Source: a virus
Virus record (IMG/VR): IMGVR_UViG_3300015251_000001
Span: 1,187 to 65,186 of that record
Reading direction: 5' to 3' (one strand)
DNA: 64,000 nucleotides
In this document: positions 1-9,033 of the stretch, piece by piece
Layout of the letters: each line of letters starts with the position of its first letter
Numbering within the stretch: position 1 is the stretch's first letter
Position numbers and translations under genes: made by a program
The notes under the pieces: model-generated
The model's database searches: none
Told to the model about the DNA's origin: nothing
What the model saw: only the letters and a program-made list of their open reading frames with translations

Positions 1-441
1 GGCGAGCTGCTGAGCTACGTGCGCTCCCCGGCCGGTGGGGAATCGCGCCTGCATGCCAAGAGCTCCATTGGCTTCGGCGGCCATGTGGATGCAGAGGATT
101 GTGTTTTCATCGATAGCAGCATCAACCTTGACCAGACCCTCGGCGAGGCCATCAACCGGGAAGTGCGCGAAGAGCTCGGACCTGATCTCCAAGTCATCAA
201 GAAACAATGCATTGGTCTGCTGGTGGACAACAAGGATGCCGTAGGCCGGGTTCATCTTGGCCTCGTAGCGCTCTGGGACCTGGCCCCCGTCCACAGCATA
301 CAGAGCAACGAAGACGAGATCAGCGACGTGGGCTTCCAGAGTCTGGAAGGGCTGCGCGTGGCCGATGACGAGCACGGTAATCTGGAGAACTGGTCATCAG
401 TGCTCGTCCGCTACTTCCAGGTGATGGGGCTGCCAGAATAG
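1..441 (+). CDS. NUDIX-family hydrolase (predicted phosphoesterase type), 5' partial
   Basis: Frame open from base 1. YVR...GESRLH..SIGFGGH followed by Nudix-box-like REVREELG. Confidence 0.75.
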   Translation, partial: GELLSYVRSPAGGESRLHAKSSIGFGGHVDAEDCVFIDSSINLDQTLGEAINREVREELGPDLQVIKKQCIGLLVDNKDAVGRVHLGLVALWDLAPVHSIQSNEDEISDVGFQSLEGLRVADDEHGNLENWSSVLVRYFQVMGLPE

Positions 442-460
442 GAAGATCGGGGAACCTACC

Positions 461-489
461 AAAAGGGCCGCACATGCGGCCCTTTTTTT
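461..489 (+). terminator. Rho-independent terminator, probably bidirectional
   Basis: aaaa-GGGCCGC-acat-GCGGCCC-ttttttt just after the NUDIX stop. Confidence 0.85.
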
Positions 490-532
490 ATTGTGCTTGG
501 CGGATCGAGCGCATTCATCCAAAGGGAAGACG

Positions 533-685
533 ATGAGTCTGTGGCTCTGGTTGCTGGTCCTTGCGGGGATTTCAGTAATTACGTGGGGATCCGTAGCCGC
601 TTGGATGACGTGGCATTACCTAAGCTGGATCAGAAGCAGGAGGGCTTACTATCTCGAAAATGGAAATCGCAAGAGAAGTCAGTGA
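533..685 (+). CDS. Small membrane protein (50 aa)
   Basis: ATG after GGGAAG. One hydrophobic Trp-rich helix followed by a basic tail. Confidence 0.45.
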   Translation: MSLWLWLLVLAGISVITWGSVAAWMTWHYLSWIRSRRAYYLENGNRKRSQ

Positions 686-816
686 AGGATCCTGTGATGG
701 TCCCTTGGTGGATCAGACTGGGGTGGTGTAATGGGGATTCTCCATGCCGGCCAGTGCAGTAGCCGGGGACCATCACCGGATCCTTTACGTAAAGGGAACT
801 AGCTACGTAGCTAGTT
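682..816. repeat. Inverted repeat (682-704 / 766-788, 21/23 match) plus two adjacent perfect palindromes (782-795, 797-816)
   Basis: gtgaaggatcctgtgatggtccc versus the reverse complement gtaaaggatccggtgatggtccc; CCTTTACGTAAAGG; AACTAGCTACGTAGCTAGTT. Confidence 0.9.
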
Positions 817-876
817 AAATTGCTAAACAATACACTACAGCGCACGGGATCTTAGTGCGCGAAAGATAGGGTAACA

Positions 877-1344
877 ATGGAAACATCTACCAAGCCGGTG
901 CTTACTGGACGAGGCGGTCCGGGAAGAGGGCAGGGACGTAAGCCGGGATCAGTAAATAAGCTGCAACGTGAAGCGAGGGAAGCAGCTAAGCAGGAGGGGG
1001 AATTGCCGCACGAGATCTTGCTCCGTATGGCCCGTGGGATGCCAGTCAGGATCATGGAGGATAGTGGCTCGGTAGATCAGGAAGGTAATCGGATCTTCCG
1101 TGAAGTCTACAAGGCGCTTGATGTTGAGCAAGTGAAGGATGCAGCAAAGGCCGCAGCACCCTACTTTGCTCCGAGGCTATCCACAGTAGAAACCATTGCG
1201 GGGCTTACCGATGACCAGCTTGACGAGATCATTAAATGCGCTTCCGCCGAAGCAGAGGATGGCGCTTGCGATGATGGAGAAGGCGAGGAGGAGCCGGTTA
1301 AGGAAGCAGCAGGCACTCGCCGAAGAATCCGATTCGAGGCCTGA
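877..1344 (+). CDS. terS: Terminase small subunit
   Basis: N-terminal [14 protein letters not shown] motif, [12 protein letters not shown] motif, directly upstream of terL. Confidence 0.8.
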   Translation: METSTKPVLTGRGGPGRGQGRKPGSVNKLQREAREAAKQEGELPHEILLRMARGMPVRIMEDSGSVDQEGNRIFREVYKALDVEQVKDAAKAAAPYFAPRLSTVETIAGLTDDQLDEIIKCASAEAEDGACDDGEGEEEPVKEAAGTRRRIRFEA

Positions 1345-2671
1345 GTTTGACCCGGAGCACAACGAGCGCAGCCTAGTCCTGAATCGGGCACATAAGCTTT
1401 CGGATCTCTACTACAAGAAAGCCCGCTATAAGGTCTACTGGGGCGGCCGGGGATCGGCTAAGAGCTGGGCTTTCGCCGAGGCTCTGATACGGCTGACTGC
1501 CTCGCATGCACTGCGCGTGCTTTGCGTGCGTGAATTCCAAGCATCCATCAAGGACAGCAGCCACAAGATCCTGAAGGACACGATTACCCGGCTGGGCATG
1601 GATAGCTGGTTCCACGTCACGAAGGAAGGCATTACTAGCCGGGCTGGTGCGGAATTCATCTTCAAAGGGCTGCACGGGAACGAGCAAGGCTTCCGCTCCA
1701 CAGAAGGGATCGACATTGTCTGGGCTGAAGAAGCCGCAGCAATCAGTGAATCCTCGTGGCGCTCCCTGATTCCTACGATCCGTAAGCCAGGATCAGAGAT
1801 CTGGGTCAGCTTCAACCTGGTCGACGAGGACGATGCCACTTACCGGCGCTGCGTGCATCCTGGCCCAGGCGGCCACGTGGACAGCGAGCTGCTTCGCCAG
1901 AGCGGCTACGAGTCCTGGGTCGTCTGCCACAAGATCAACTACGACGAGAATCCCTACTTCCCTGTGAATCTGCGCATGGAGATGGAAGGGGACCGGGAAC
2001 GGGACTATCCGCTTTACGAGCACATCTGGTTGGGGATGCCGCTGAAGATCAGCAATGCGGTCATCTTCTCGAAGAATGCCATCGTGCGCGAGTTCCCCGA
2101 TGATCTGTGGGAGAAGGCTGACCGGCTGATGTTTGGGGCCGATCACGGCTTTGCGCAGGATCCGGCTACGTTGAATCGCTTCTTCATCTTGGAAAAGCAT
2201 CAGTGGCCTGGGGAGGAAGTGCCACGCCGGCGCCTCTTCATCGAGTACGAGGCGCATGGTGTAGGCGTGGAGCTAGATGAGCTGCCTGAGTTCTACGACT
2301 CGATTCCAGGCGCACGTAATTGGCCAATCAAGGCCGACTGCGCCCGGCCGGAAACCAACAGCTACCTTGCCCGCAAGGGCTTTGCTATTAGCGGCGCCGA
2401 GAAGTGGGACGGGTCGGTGAAGGATGGCATCACGCACCTGAAGGGCTTCCACCAGATCGTTATCCATCCGCGTTGCGTGAAGACGGCCGAGGAGGCCAGG
2501 CTCTACCGCTATAAGACGGACAAGCTCCAGCTCGATGCCTATGGGCAGCCGCTGGTATTGCCGGTCATCATCGACAAGCACAACCACCATTGGGATGCAA
2601 TCCGCTATGGTTTGGATGGCTACATCCAGCGGAGCGGGGCCATCGGCATGTGGGAGCGGCTGGGCAGGTAG
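1271..2671 (+). CDS. terL: Terminase large subunit (PBSX-like)
   Basis: Walker A GGRGSAKS, Walker B IVWAEEA, nuclease-domain [10 protein letters not shown] and [11 protein letters not shown] is open from 1196; start chosen behind GAGG (1259 is an alternative). Confidence 0.95.
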   Translation: MMEKARRSRLRKQQALAEESDSRPEFDPEHNERSLVLNRAHKLSDLYYKKARYKVYWGGRGSAKSWAFAEALIRLTASHALRVLCVREFQASIKDSSHKILKDTITRLGMDSWFHVTKEGITSRAGAEFIFKGLHGNEQGFRSTEGIDIVWAEEAAAISESSWRSLIPTIRKPGSEIWVSFNLVDEDDATYRRCVHPGPGGHVDSELLRQSGYESWVVCHKINYDENPYFPVNLRMEMEGDRERDYPLYEHIWLGMPLKISNAVIFSKNAIVREFPDDLWEKADRLMFGADHGFAQDPATLNRFFILEKHQWPGEEVPRRRLFIEYEAHGVGVELDELPEFYDSIPGARNWPIKADCARPETNSYLARKGFAISGAEKWDGSVKDGITHLKGFHQIVIHPRCVKTAEEARLYRYKTDKLQLDAYGQPLVLPVIIDKHNHHWDAIRYGLDGYIQRSGAIGMWERLGR

Positions 2672-2673
2672 CG

Positions 2674-2681
2674 GTATAGAT
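2674..2681 (+). promoter_or_regulatory. GTATAGAT putative phage promoter motif
   Basis: Intergenic, 26 nt before ATG 2708; one of seven copies found. Confidence 0.55.
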
Positions 2682-2707
2682 AGGGTTTCACAACCTGGAG
2701 AAAAATC

Positions 2708-2971
2708 ATGAGCAGGATCTACAAGTGGCGCGATTCGTTGGGCCCGGTAGCCGGGCCCGTGCTGACCAAGGCGGAACTGGAGCGCAAACTGGCGTGGGAG
2801 GAAATGTTGACCAATCTGCCCTCAGCCAAGGAACTGACGGATCTGGGCAGGCACATGGCGGAACGTCTCGACCTGTTGGCTGGCAGGCGCAAGAAGTGCA
2901 CATCAGCCACGCGCTCCAATGATGATTGGGAGCCCGCAAATCGTGGGCAGGGGAGCAACAATGCCGACTGA
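2708..2971 (+). CDS. Hypothetical protein
   Basis: Strong RBS (ACCTGGAG); overlaps the endolysin start. Confidence 0.6.
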   Translation: MSRIYKWRDSLGPVAGPVLTKAELERKLAWEEMLTNLPSAKELTDLGRHMAERLDLLAGRRKKCTSATRSNDDWEPANRGQGSNNAD

Positions 2972-3425
2972 CATCCCGTCCGTGGTGGAAGGGGTGGCGG
3001 AACTCTGCCGCCGCTTCGAAGGCCTACGCCTTCGGCCCTATTACTGCCCGGCTGGCGTGGCGACCATCGGCTACGGAGCCACGTCCTATCTGGATGGCAA
3101 GAAGGTCCAACTAAAGGATCCAGCCATTTCCGTGGCTACGGCAGAAGACATGCTGATCCAGCAGATCATCCGGGTCTATCTCCCCGGGGTGCAACGGCAC
3201 TGCCCAGGGTTGCCGGATGAGGCTCAGATAGCCACGACTGACTTTGCCTTCAACCTCGGCCTCAACGCGCTTGGTCAATCAACGCTTAAGAGGCGCCTTA
3301 ACTCGGGGGATTGGCGGCGTGCAGCTGAGGAGATCAACAAGTGGGTCTATGGTGGGGGTAAGGTTCTGCCGGGGCTTGTGTTGCGCCGGCAGGCGGAAGC
3401 CACGCTTCTGCTCAGTCTGCTCTAG
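2961..3425 (+). CDS. Endolysin, GH24 phage lysozyme
   Basis: FEGLRLRPYYCPAGVATIGYG (E-x8-C-x5-T triad), FAFNLG, KWVYGGGKVLPGLVLRR. Confidence 0.92.
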   Translation: MPTDIPSVVEGVAELCRRFEGLRLRPYYCPAGVATIGYGATSYLDGKKVQLKDPAISVATAEDMLIQQIIRVYLPGVQRHCPGLPDEAQIATTDFAFNLGLNALGQSTLKRRLNSGDWRRAAEEINKWVYGGGKVLPGLVLRRQAEATLLLSLL

Positions 3426-3432
3426 GGCCAGC

Positions 3433-3864
3433 ATGGCATCCGCCAAGGCCCTTAGCAAGGCCCAGGAACGCGAATCGCTCTACCAGCGCTATGGGGGCCG
3501 CTGCTCCTATTGCGGGGAGCGCCTGGGCAAGAAATGGCAGGCGGATCACGTGCAGCCACTTGGCCGGCAGGGGCAGTGGGTCAGGGTCGGTCGACGGACC
3601 AAGTGGGTGGCGACCGGTGGCATGGATCATCCCGAGCGGGATTGCTTCGAGAATCTGACCCCAGCCTGCCACCTGTGCAACATCAACAAAGGCAATCACT
3701 CGCTGGAGAACTGGAGGGCTCAGCTTCAGCGCTCCGCCGGCGTGCTGACCCGGGCCTATTCCACGTACCGCCACGCAAAGCGCTTTGGCCTCGTGCTGGA
3801 AGCGCCACCAAAGGTTCGGTTCTTCTTCGAGTATCCCCGCCGAAGAATTTTCAACATCATCTAA
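3433..3864 (+). CDS. HNH endonuclease
   Basis: RCSYCG...ADHVQP...NLTPACHLCNINKG. Confidence 0.9.
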   Translation: MASAKALSKAQERESLYQRYGGRCSYCGERLGKKWQADHVQPLGRQGQWVRVGRRTKWVATGGMDHPERDCFENLTPACHLCNINKGNHSLENWRAQLQRSAGVLTRAYSTYRHAKRFGLVLEAPPKVRFFFEYPRRRIFNII

Positions 3865-3877
3865 TAAGGAAGAAGGA

Positions 3878-4258
3878 ATGAATAATTTCAAGCGTCTCCC
3901 TCTCCAAGTCATGGCCCAGGCCAATCCGTACAACAGCCCGCAGGGGATGCTGGACAGCCAAGGCAACCAGCATATTGTCCCGGCAACCAGTTGGCTGGTT
4001 GAGTTCGCCCCAGGCCAGGTGGCTATTCTGTCGGCTGAGGCCTTCCGCGCCCAGTACGAGAAGGATGTGGCCTTGACCCCGCTGGAAAGCTTCGTGGCTG
4101 CCGTGCAAGATCTTCGCGGTGCCGATGTCATGGCCTATCAGAGGGCCACCAGCATGGAAGACCGGATTTCCGCCCTGGAGGATGTGCTCGCCTCCATGCG
4201 CGATGCCCTGAGCAACGTCGCCGTCCCCCAACTGACCTTTCCCACCCTCACGGAGTAG
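3878..4258 (+). CDS. Hypothetical protein
   Basis: ATG after AAGGA; fits the operon spacing. Confidence 0.6.
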   Translation: MNNFKRLPLQVMAQANPYNSPQGMLDSQGNQHIVPATSWLVEFAPGQVAILSAEAFRAQYEKDVALTPLESFVAAVQDLRGADVMAYQRATSMEDRISALEDVLASMRDALSNVAVPQLTFPTLTE

Positions 4259-4264
4259 CCCATC

Positions 4265-4726
4265 ATGGCCGCTGGCAACATCATCTTCCCCAATCTCGCA
4301 AAGCTGAATTTCTTCAATGCCACAAATCTGTTGGCCGCCACGGCCGCCAATTTCCGGCTGTTGCTGCTGACCAGCACCTTCGCGCCGAACGATGCCACCA
4401 ACGAAGTGCTGGCGGATCTGACCAACGAGGTGGCAAACGGCAATGGCTACGTCACCGGCGGCAATGCACTGGCAAATGTGGTGCTGAACCAGACTGCCGG
4501 CGTGGTGAAATTCACAAGCGATCCCGTGATCTGGACAGCATCGGGGGGCAGTATCCCGGCCTGGCGTTACGGCTACTTCTACTACCTGGGCACCTTGAAT
4601 GGTAAGGTCAACCCGCTGTTGGGCCACTTCCTCGGGGACAACACGCCGGCCGACATTCCCGCCACCACCAACGGCAACACGCTGACCGTGACCCCCAACG
4701 CCGCCGGCATCGTACAAGCAACCTGA
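4265..4726 (+). CDS. Probable virion structural protein (beta-rich)
   Basis: NEVANGNGYVTGG...WTASGGSIPAWRY pattern seen in small phage virion proteins; Ala/Gly/Thr/Asn-rich. Confidence 0.6.
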   Translation: MAAGNIIFPNLAKLNFFNATNLLAATAANFRLLLLTSTFAPNDATNEVLADLTNEVANGNGYVTGGNALANVVLNQTAGVVKFTSDPVIWTASGGSIPAWRYGYFYYLGTLNGKVNPLLGHFLGDNTPADIPATTNGNTLTVTPNAAGIVQAT

Positions 4727-4729
4727 TCA

Positions 4730-5098
4730 GGAGGGATCATGGCTCGTCACATTCACGTTCATGTTCACGACGGCAGCTTCAACGAGTCCGACCACCCGAG
4801 GGCTGAAAACGGTAAGTTTGGCTCCGGTGGTGGATCGGCCGGGGGAAGCCGGAAAGGGGAAGCCGGAAAGGGAGCTGGTAAACCCTCCAGCACCATGGGG
4901 GCCTACATGGCGGGTTCCCATATTCACCTCCGCTACTCTGGCAAGGCAGATATGGAGAAACTCAAGGAAGCTGGCATCAAGCCAAATGGCGAGGCCGGCC
5001 ACATCACTATTACGCCGGAGCAGCTCAAGAAATTGGGCCTAACCGCTAGAGAGAATTAAGATCTAGCCTGGAGGGATCATGGCTCGTCACATTCACGT
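4730..5098 (+). repeat. 29-bp exact direct repeat of RBS plus first codons (4730-4758, 5070-5098)
   Basis: ggagggatcatggctcgtcacattcacgt occurs twice. Confidence 0.95.
4739..5059 (+). CDS. Small putative internal head (cargo) protein
   Basis: Starts MARHIHVHVHD; contains FNESDHPRAENGKFGSGGG; strong RBS GGAGGG. Confidence 0.65.
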   Translation: MARHIHVHVHDGSFNESDHPRAENGKFGSGGGSAGGSRKGEAGKGAGKPSSTMGAYMAGSHIHLRYSGKADMEKLKEAGIKPNGEAGHITITPEQLKKLGLTAREN

Positions 5099-6482
5099 GC
5101 ATCTAGAGAGGGCCTGGCCCAGCCGCAAGACCAGGGATGCTGCCGAGATCACGGCCTCTGATTACGAGCAGCTTGCCGAGGAGCTGCTTGCCTTCATTGT
5201 CAGCAAGAGCAAGACCGGGGATGCCGATCCGAATTGGGAGGAAAGCAAGCACCCCAGGGCGGACAACGGACAGTTCGGATCAGGTGGGGGCGGCGCAGCA
5301 CCCCAGGGTGCCAAACCCACAAGCACCTCGCAGACGAAGAACGCAAAGCACGCGGTGCACGAGCTGCTTAGCAGTGGGCACCCATTCACGCTGCCCGAGC
5401 TGGCGAAGGCGATCGGAGCCGAAAGCACGAAGAACCTTTCGGCCTATATCTCGATGTTCAAGAACGAGAAGACAGCCGGGGCTAAGGGGACGCTGGACAT
5501 TGTCAAGCTCCCGGGCGGGCAATATCAGGTGGTGAAGAAAGACGGCCAACCAGCCCCGAAGGTGGAAGTGCCGAAGAAGCAGGAACCAGCACCAGTCCCC
5601 GCTACGGGATTCAGGACGTTGCCGAAGGTGGCGGATACGATTTCCCCGGAGGAGTTCGCAGGGGGTGATAAGTCTGACTTTGTGAATGGCATGCATGCGG
5701 CCAAGGGGGCACTCCTGGGTGGGGCCGCCGCGAGCGCAAAGAAGATGAAGGAGGCCGTCGAAGCTGCTATGACGAAAAGGCTGGCCAGTAGCAAGTCGTT
5801 TCAGGATATGAAGAACAAGTACGAGACGAGCTTCTCCAGGGATGAGACCTTTGAAGAGCGCTTGATTTCTTCGTGGGCCCACTCCTCCGGGAACGGGCAT
5901 CCAGTTCCCTGTGCGATGCAGCTTGCAGTGAAGGAAGCCTTTGGTCTGAAAGACGCTGTCGATGGGGGCATGACCCTCGTAAAGGAGAAGTCGCCGGAGG
6001 AAATCAGGAAGGACGCAGCCGAGTATCTCCGCATGCCGCTGTCCACTGCCGAAGAAAACCAGCAGTTCAACGAGGCCCTGAAGGATTTTGTCAAGGCTCA
6101 GTACGACGAGACGCAGGAATTCTTTGCAGAGAAGGGGATTAAGGAGCTGAGTCTTGTCCGTGGGATGACGACCGAGTTTAGCGGGGAGCCCCGACAGGTC
6201 AATATGGCTCTGCAACCCGCTTCTTCCTTTAGTGCGGATTTAACCACGGCCCGGAGCTTTGCTGAATCTGGTGGGGCGACCATGCTACTTGCAAAGGTTC
6301 CGGTTTCCCACATTCTGAGCACCTACCGCACTGGCTATGGCTGCGCCAAGGAACATGAGGTGGTGGTTCTCGGGGATTCATCATTGACGGCAGTAGCAAT
6401 GAAAGCGTCCGCCACTGCGAATCTTGGAAAGGCTTCCGAAACTGCTCACGCCGCGCTTCGAGGTCAGGCCCAGCCCGCGTAG
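5079..6482 (+). CDS. Putative virion-packaged ADP-ribosyltransferase (R-S-E type) with a winged-helix-like middle domain
   Basis: C-terminal LVRG / SSFS / EHEVVV triad; N-terminal HIHVH, TRD and WEESKHPRADNGQFG motifs. Confidence 0.7.
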   Translation: MARHIHVHLERAWPSRKTRDAAEITASDYEQLAEELLAFIVSKSKTGDADPNWEESKHPRADNGQFGSGGGGAAPQGAKPTSTSQTKNAKHAVHELLSSGHPFTLPELAKAIGAESTKNLSAYISMFKNEKTAGAKGTLDIVKLPGGQYQVVKKDGQPAPKVEVPKKQEPAPVPATGFRTLPKVADTISPEEFAGGDKSDFVNGMHAAKGALLGGAAASAKKMKEAVEAAMTKRLASSKSFQDMKNKYETSFSRDETFEERLISSWAHSSGNGHPVPCAMQLAVKEAFGLKDAVDGGMTLVKEKSPEEIRKDAAEYLRMPLSTAEENQQFNEALKDFVKAQYDETQEFFAEKGIKELSLVRGMTTEFSGEPRQVNMALQPASSFSADLTTARSFAESGGATMLLAKVPVSHILSTYRTGYGCAKEHEVVVLGDSSLTAVAMKASATANLGKASETAHAALRGQAQPA

Positions 6483-6503
6483 CCGTTCCCAAGGAAAAGG
6501 AGA

Positions 6504-6779
6504 ATGAAGATGGAAACGCTATTGGTTGATGACGGCTTGGAACAATCTGATTGGACCAAGCAGTCGTGGGATCTTCCGCCGTACAAGTCGAAGGCGTTTA
6601 ACGGAATCGTGCCGAACCTGGAAGCATTCAAGCATCTGCCGGTCTACCTTCAGGCCGTGAAGGCGGGACTCATCAAGAACGATGAGTGGGCCGGCCCCAC
6701 CGAGGCCCCTGGGGTTCAGGGCAGGGACCAAAAGCAGCGCGGGAAGCACATCCATATTCACCTGGGCAAGGCCAAATGA
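6504..6779 (+). CDS. Small hypothetical protein with C-terminal HIHIH motif
   Basis: RBS AGGAG; WDLPPYKS...LPVY..AV..GLIKNDEW core; ATGA-coupled to the portal gene. Confidence 0.65.
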   Translation: MKMETLLVDDGLEQSDWTKQSWDLPPYKSKAFNGIVPNLEAFKHLPVYLQAVKAGLIKNDEWAGPTEAPGVQGRDQKQRGKHIHIHLGKAK

Positions 6780-8368
6780 AAACCTCGATCAAGGCATCCG
6801 TAAGGGATGCACAGAAGGCGGACACCTCGTTGCGGGCATCCCTGAAAGCAGGACCAGGGAGGAAAGCCTTTCTCCCGTGGGAAGGTGCGGCAGTCAAAGG
6901 GGTCACGCAAGACTCCTTTGTCAATTTCATGCAGCGCATGGGCATGGGTGCCGACAATGCCGTGAGCACCAGTAGCTACGGCTTCAACCCCATCACGCGC
7001 AACCGCATCATGCTGGAGTGGATTCATCGTGGGAGCTGGTTGGGTGGCGTGGCTGTGGACATCGTCGCCAACGACATGACCCGGGCCGGCATCGACTACA
7101 CCACGGAGCTTCAGCCCGACGAGCAGGAGAAGATCGACCACTGCGTTGCTCGCCACGCCGTGTGGCAGTCGATCAACGAGACCATCAAGTGGGGTCGGCT
7201 TTACGGGGGCTGCATTGGGGTGCTGCTGATTGATGGGCAGGACATGCGCACGCCGCTGCGCTTGGATACCATTGGCCAGGACCAGTTCAAGGGGCTCCTG
7301 GCGCTTGACCGCTGGATGGTGGAGCCCACGCTGGAAGACCTCGTGACGGAGTTTGGCCCCCACCTTGGCTTGCCAAAGTACTACCGGGTTCAGACGAACG
7401 CGCCGGCCCTGCGCGGGCAGGCAATTCACCATTCCCGCGTGGCTATCCGTCATGAAGGGATCAAGCTGCCATACAACCAGCGCATGACGGAGAACCTGTG
7501 GGGGATCTCCGTGCTTGAGAGGCTCTATGACAGGATGGTGGCTTTCGACAGCGCCAGTACGGGAGCAGCCCAGCTCGTCTACAAGAGCTATCTGCGCACG
7601 CTGAAGATCAAGGGCCTGCGTGAAATCATTGCCGGCAATGAGAAGGCGATGGTAGGGGTCATGCAGCAAGTCGAGATGATGCGCCGCTTCCAGTCGATCG
7701 AGGGCATCACGCTCCTGGACGGGGAAGACGAATTCGAGATCCAGGGGCATTCAGCATTCAGCGGGCTATCCGATGCCCTGACCCAGTTTGGACAGCAGCT
7801 TTCCGGTGCCTTGCAGATTCCGCTCGCCAGGCTTTTCGGTCAATCCCCGGCCGGCTTCAGCACGGGCGATACGGACATGCAGATGTACTACGACAGCATC
7901 AAGCAGGAGCAAATGGCTACCTGCCATCATGGCGCGACCATGATTTACAAGGCAGCCGCTGCAAGCGAAGGGATCCAGCTCCCGGACAATTTTGCTGTTG
8001 GGTTCCGCAGCCTGTGGGACACCGATGATTCGGAGAAGGCAACCATTGCCAAGACCAACGGGGAAGCCATCGCAGCCGCTCACGAGGCCGGGCTGATTGG
8101 CCGGCAGACGGCGCTGAGGGAATTGCGCCAATCCTCGCGCGTGACCGGGATCTTCACCAACATCACGGAGGAAATGATCGCCTCCGCGGATGATGAGGTG
8201 CAGCCCCCCATGAGTGAAATGATGCCCCCTGGTGCCGAAGGCCTGGGGATGCCTGGCGCGCCAGGCGCCGTAGAAAAGGGAGCCGAGAATGCCGCTGGAC
8301 CGCAAGGGGAAAAGAAGCCGGTGGGAGACAGCAAAAGGCGTCGAGTCCCGCTACAGCTCCCAGCTTAG
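6776..8368 (+). CDS. Portal protein (DUF1073-like)
   Basis: WIHRGSWLGGVAVDIVANDMTRAG, WGRLYGG, WGISVLE, IPLARLFGQSPAGF.TG..D..MYYD motifs; position after terminase. Confidence 0.88.
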   Translation: MKTSIKASVRDAQKADTSLRASLKAGPGRKAFLPWEGAAVKGVTQDSFVNFMQRMGMGADNAVSTSSYGFNPITRNRIMLEWIHRGSWLGGVAVDIVANDMTRAGIDYTTELQPDEQEKIDHCVARHAVWQSINETIKWGRLYGGCIGVLLIDGQDMRTPLRLDTIGQDQFKGLLALDRWMVEPTLEDLVTEFGPHLGLPKYYRVQTNAPALRGQAIHHSRVAIRHEGIKLPYNQRMTENLWGISVLERLYDRMVAFDSASTGAAQLVYKSYLRTLKIKGLREIIAGNEKAMVGVMQQVEMMRRFQSIEGITLLDGEDEFEIQGHSAFSGLSDALTQFGQQLSGALQIPLARLFGQSPAGFSTGDTDMQMYYDSIKQEQMATCHHGATMIYKAAAASEGIQLPDNFAVGFRSLWDTDDSEKATIAKTNGEAIAAAHEAGLIGRQTALRELRQSSRVTGIFTNITEEMIASADDEVQPPMSEMMPPGAEGLGMPGAPGAVEKGAENAAGPQGEKKPVGDSKRRRVPLQLPA

Positions 8369-9020
8369 GGCCGTTGCACGGGAGATCGGGAATATCGTCA
8401 AGGGCTACGGCCCATCCGATCCCCTGGCCCTGATCAAGGCCCTGACTGGCTACAGCGATCTGCTGACGCCCTGGGCCAGGTCGGTGGCGGAGTACATGAT
8501 CGCTGACGTCAACCGCCGCAACGAGCGGGCCTGGAAGGAAACCGGCAAGGAGATGGGCAAGGCCCTGCGGATGGAGATCGCCTACGCGCCCACAGGGCAG
8601 GTCTTCACGATGCTGATGGCCGATCAGGTGGAACTGATCCGATCCATTCCACTCGATGCCGCAAAGCGGGTGCAGGATCTGACGATCGAGGGCCTGAGCA
8701 CCGGCGAGCGTGCTGCATCCATCGCACGGGAGATCATGAAGACAGAGGACGTCAGCAAGTCAAAGGCAACGCTGATCGCCCGCACGGAGGTGGCCAGGGC
8801 AGCCTCGACGCTCACGGAAGCTCGCGCTACATTCGTCGGCTCCGAGGGCTATATCTGGCGCTCTTCCGGGGATGGTGATGTGCGGCCAACCCACAAGGAA
8901 ATGAACGGCAAATACGTAAGGTGGGATAAGCCACCAGTCACGGACAAGGGCCTTGGCCCATATCACGCCGGCTGCGGACCTAATTGCCGCTGCTACCCGG
9001 ATCCAGTCATTCCAGATTGA
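8289..9020 (+). CDS. Head morphogenesis protein (Mu F / SPP1 gp7-like)
   Basis: LIARTEVARA, YIWRSSGDGDVRPTH, HAGCGPNCRC; overlaps the portal 3' end by 80 nt. Confidence 0.9.
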   Translation: MPLDRKGKRSRWETAKGVESRYSSQLRAVAREIGNIVKGYGPSDPLALIKALTGYSDLLTPWARSVAEYMIADVNRRNERAWKETGKEMGKALRMEIAYAPTGQVFTMLMADQVELIRSIPLDAAKRVQDLTIEGLSTGERAASIAREIMKTEDVSKSKATLIARTEVARAASTLTEARATFVGSEGYIWRSSGDGDVRPTHKEMNGKYVRWDKPPVTDKGLGPYHAGCGPNCRCYPDPVIPD

Positions 9021-9033
9021 GAGGAATCCAAAA

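Noticed and set aside
718-760. GGGTGGTGTAATGG resembling a tRNA D-arm
   Set aside because: No T-loop, acceptor stem or cloverleaf follows.
6776-8368. Anti-CBASS function for the DUF1073-type protein
   Set aside because: Size, motifs and synteny indicate a portal; no phosphodiesterase domain seen.
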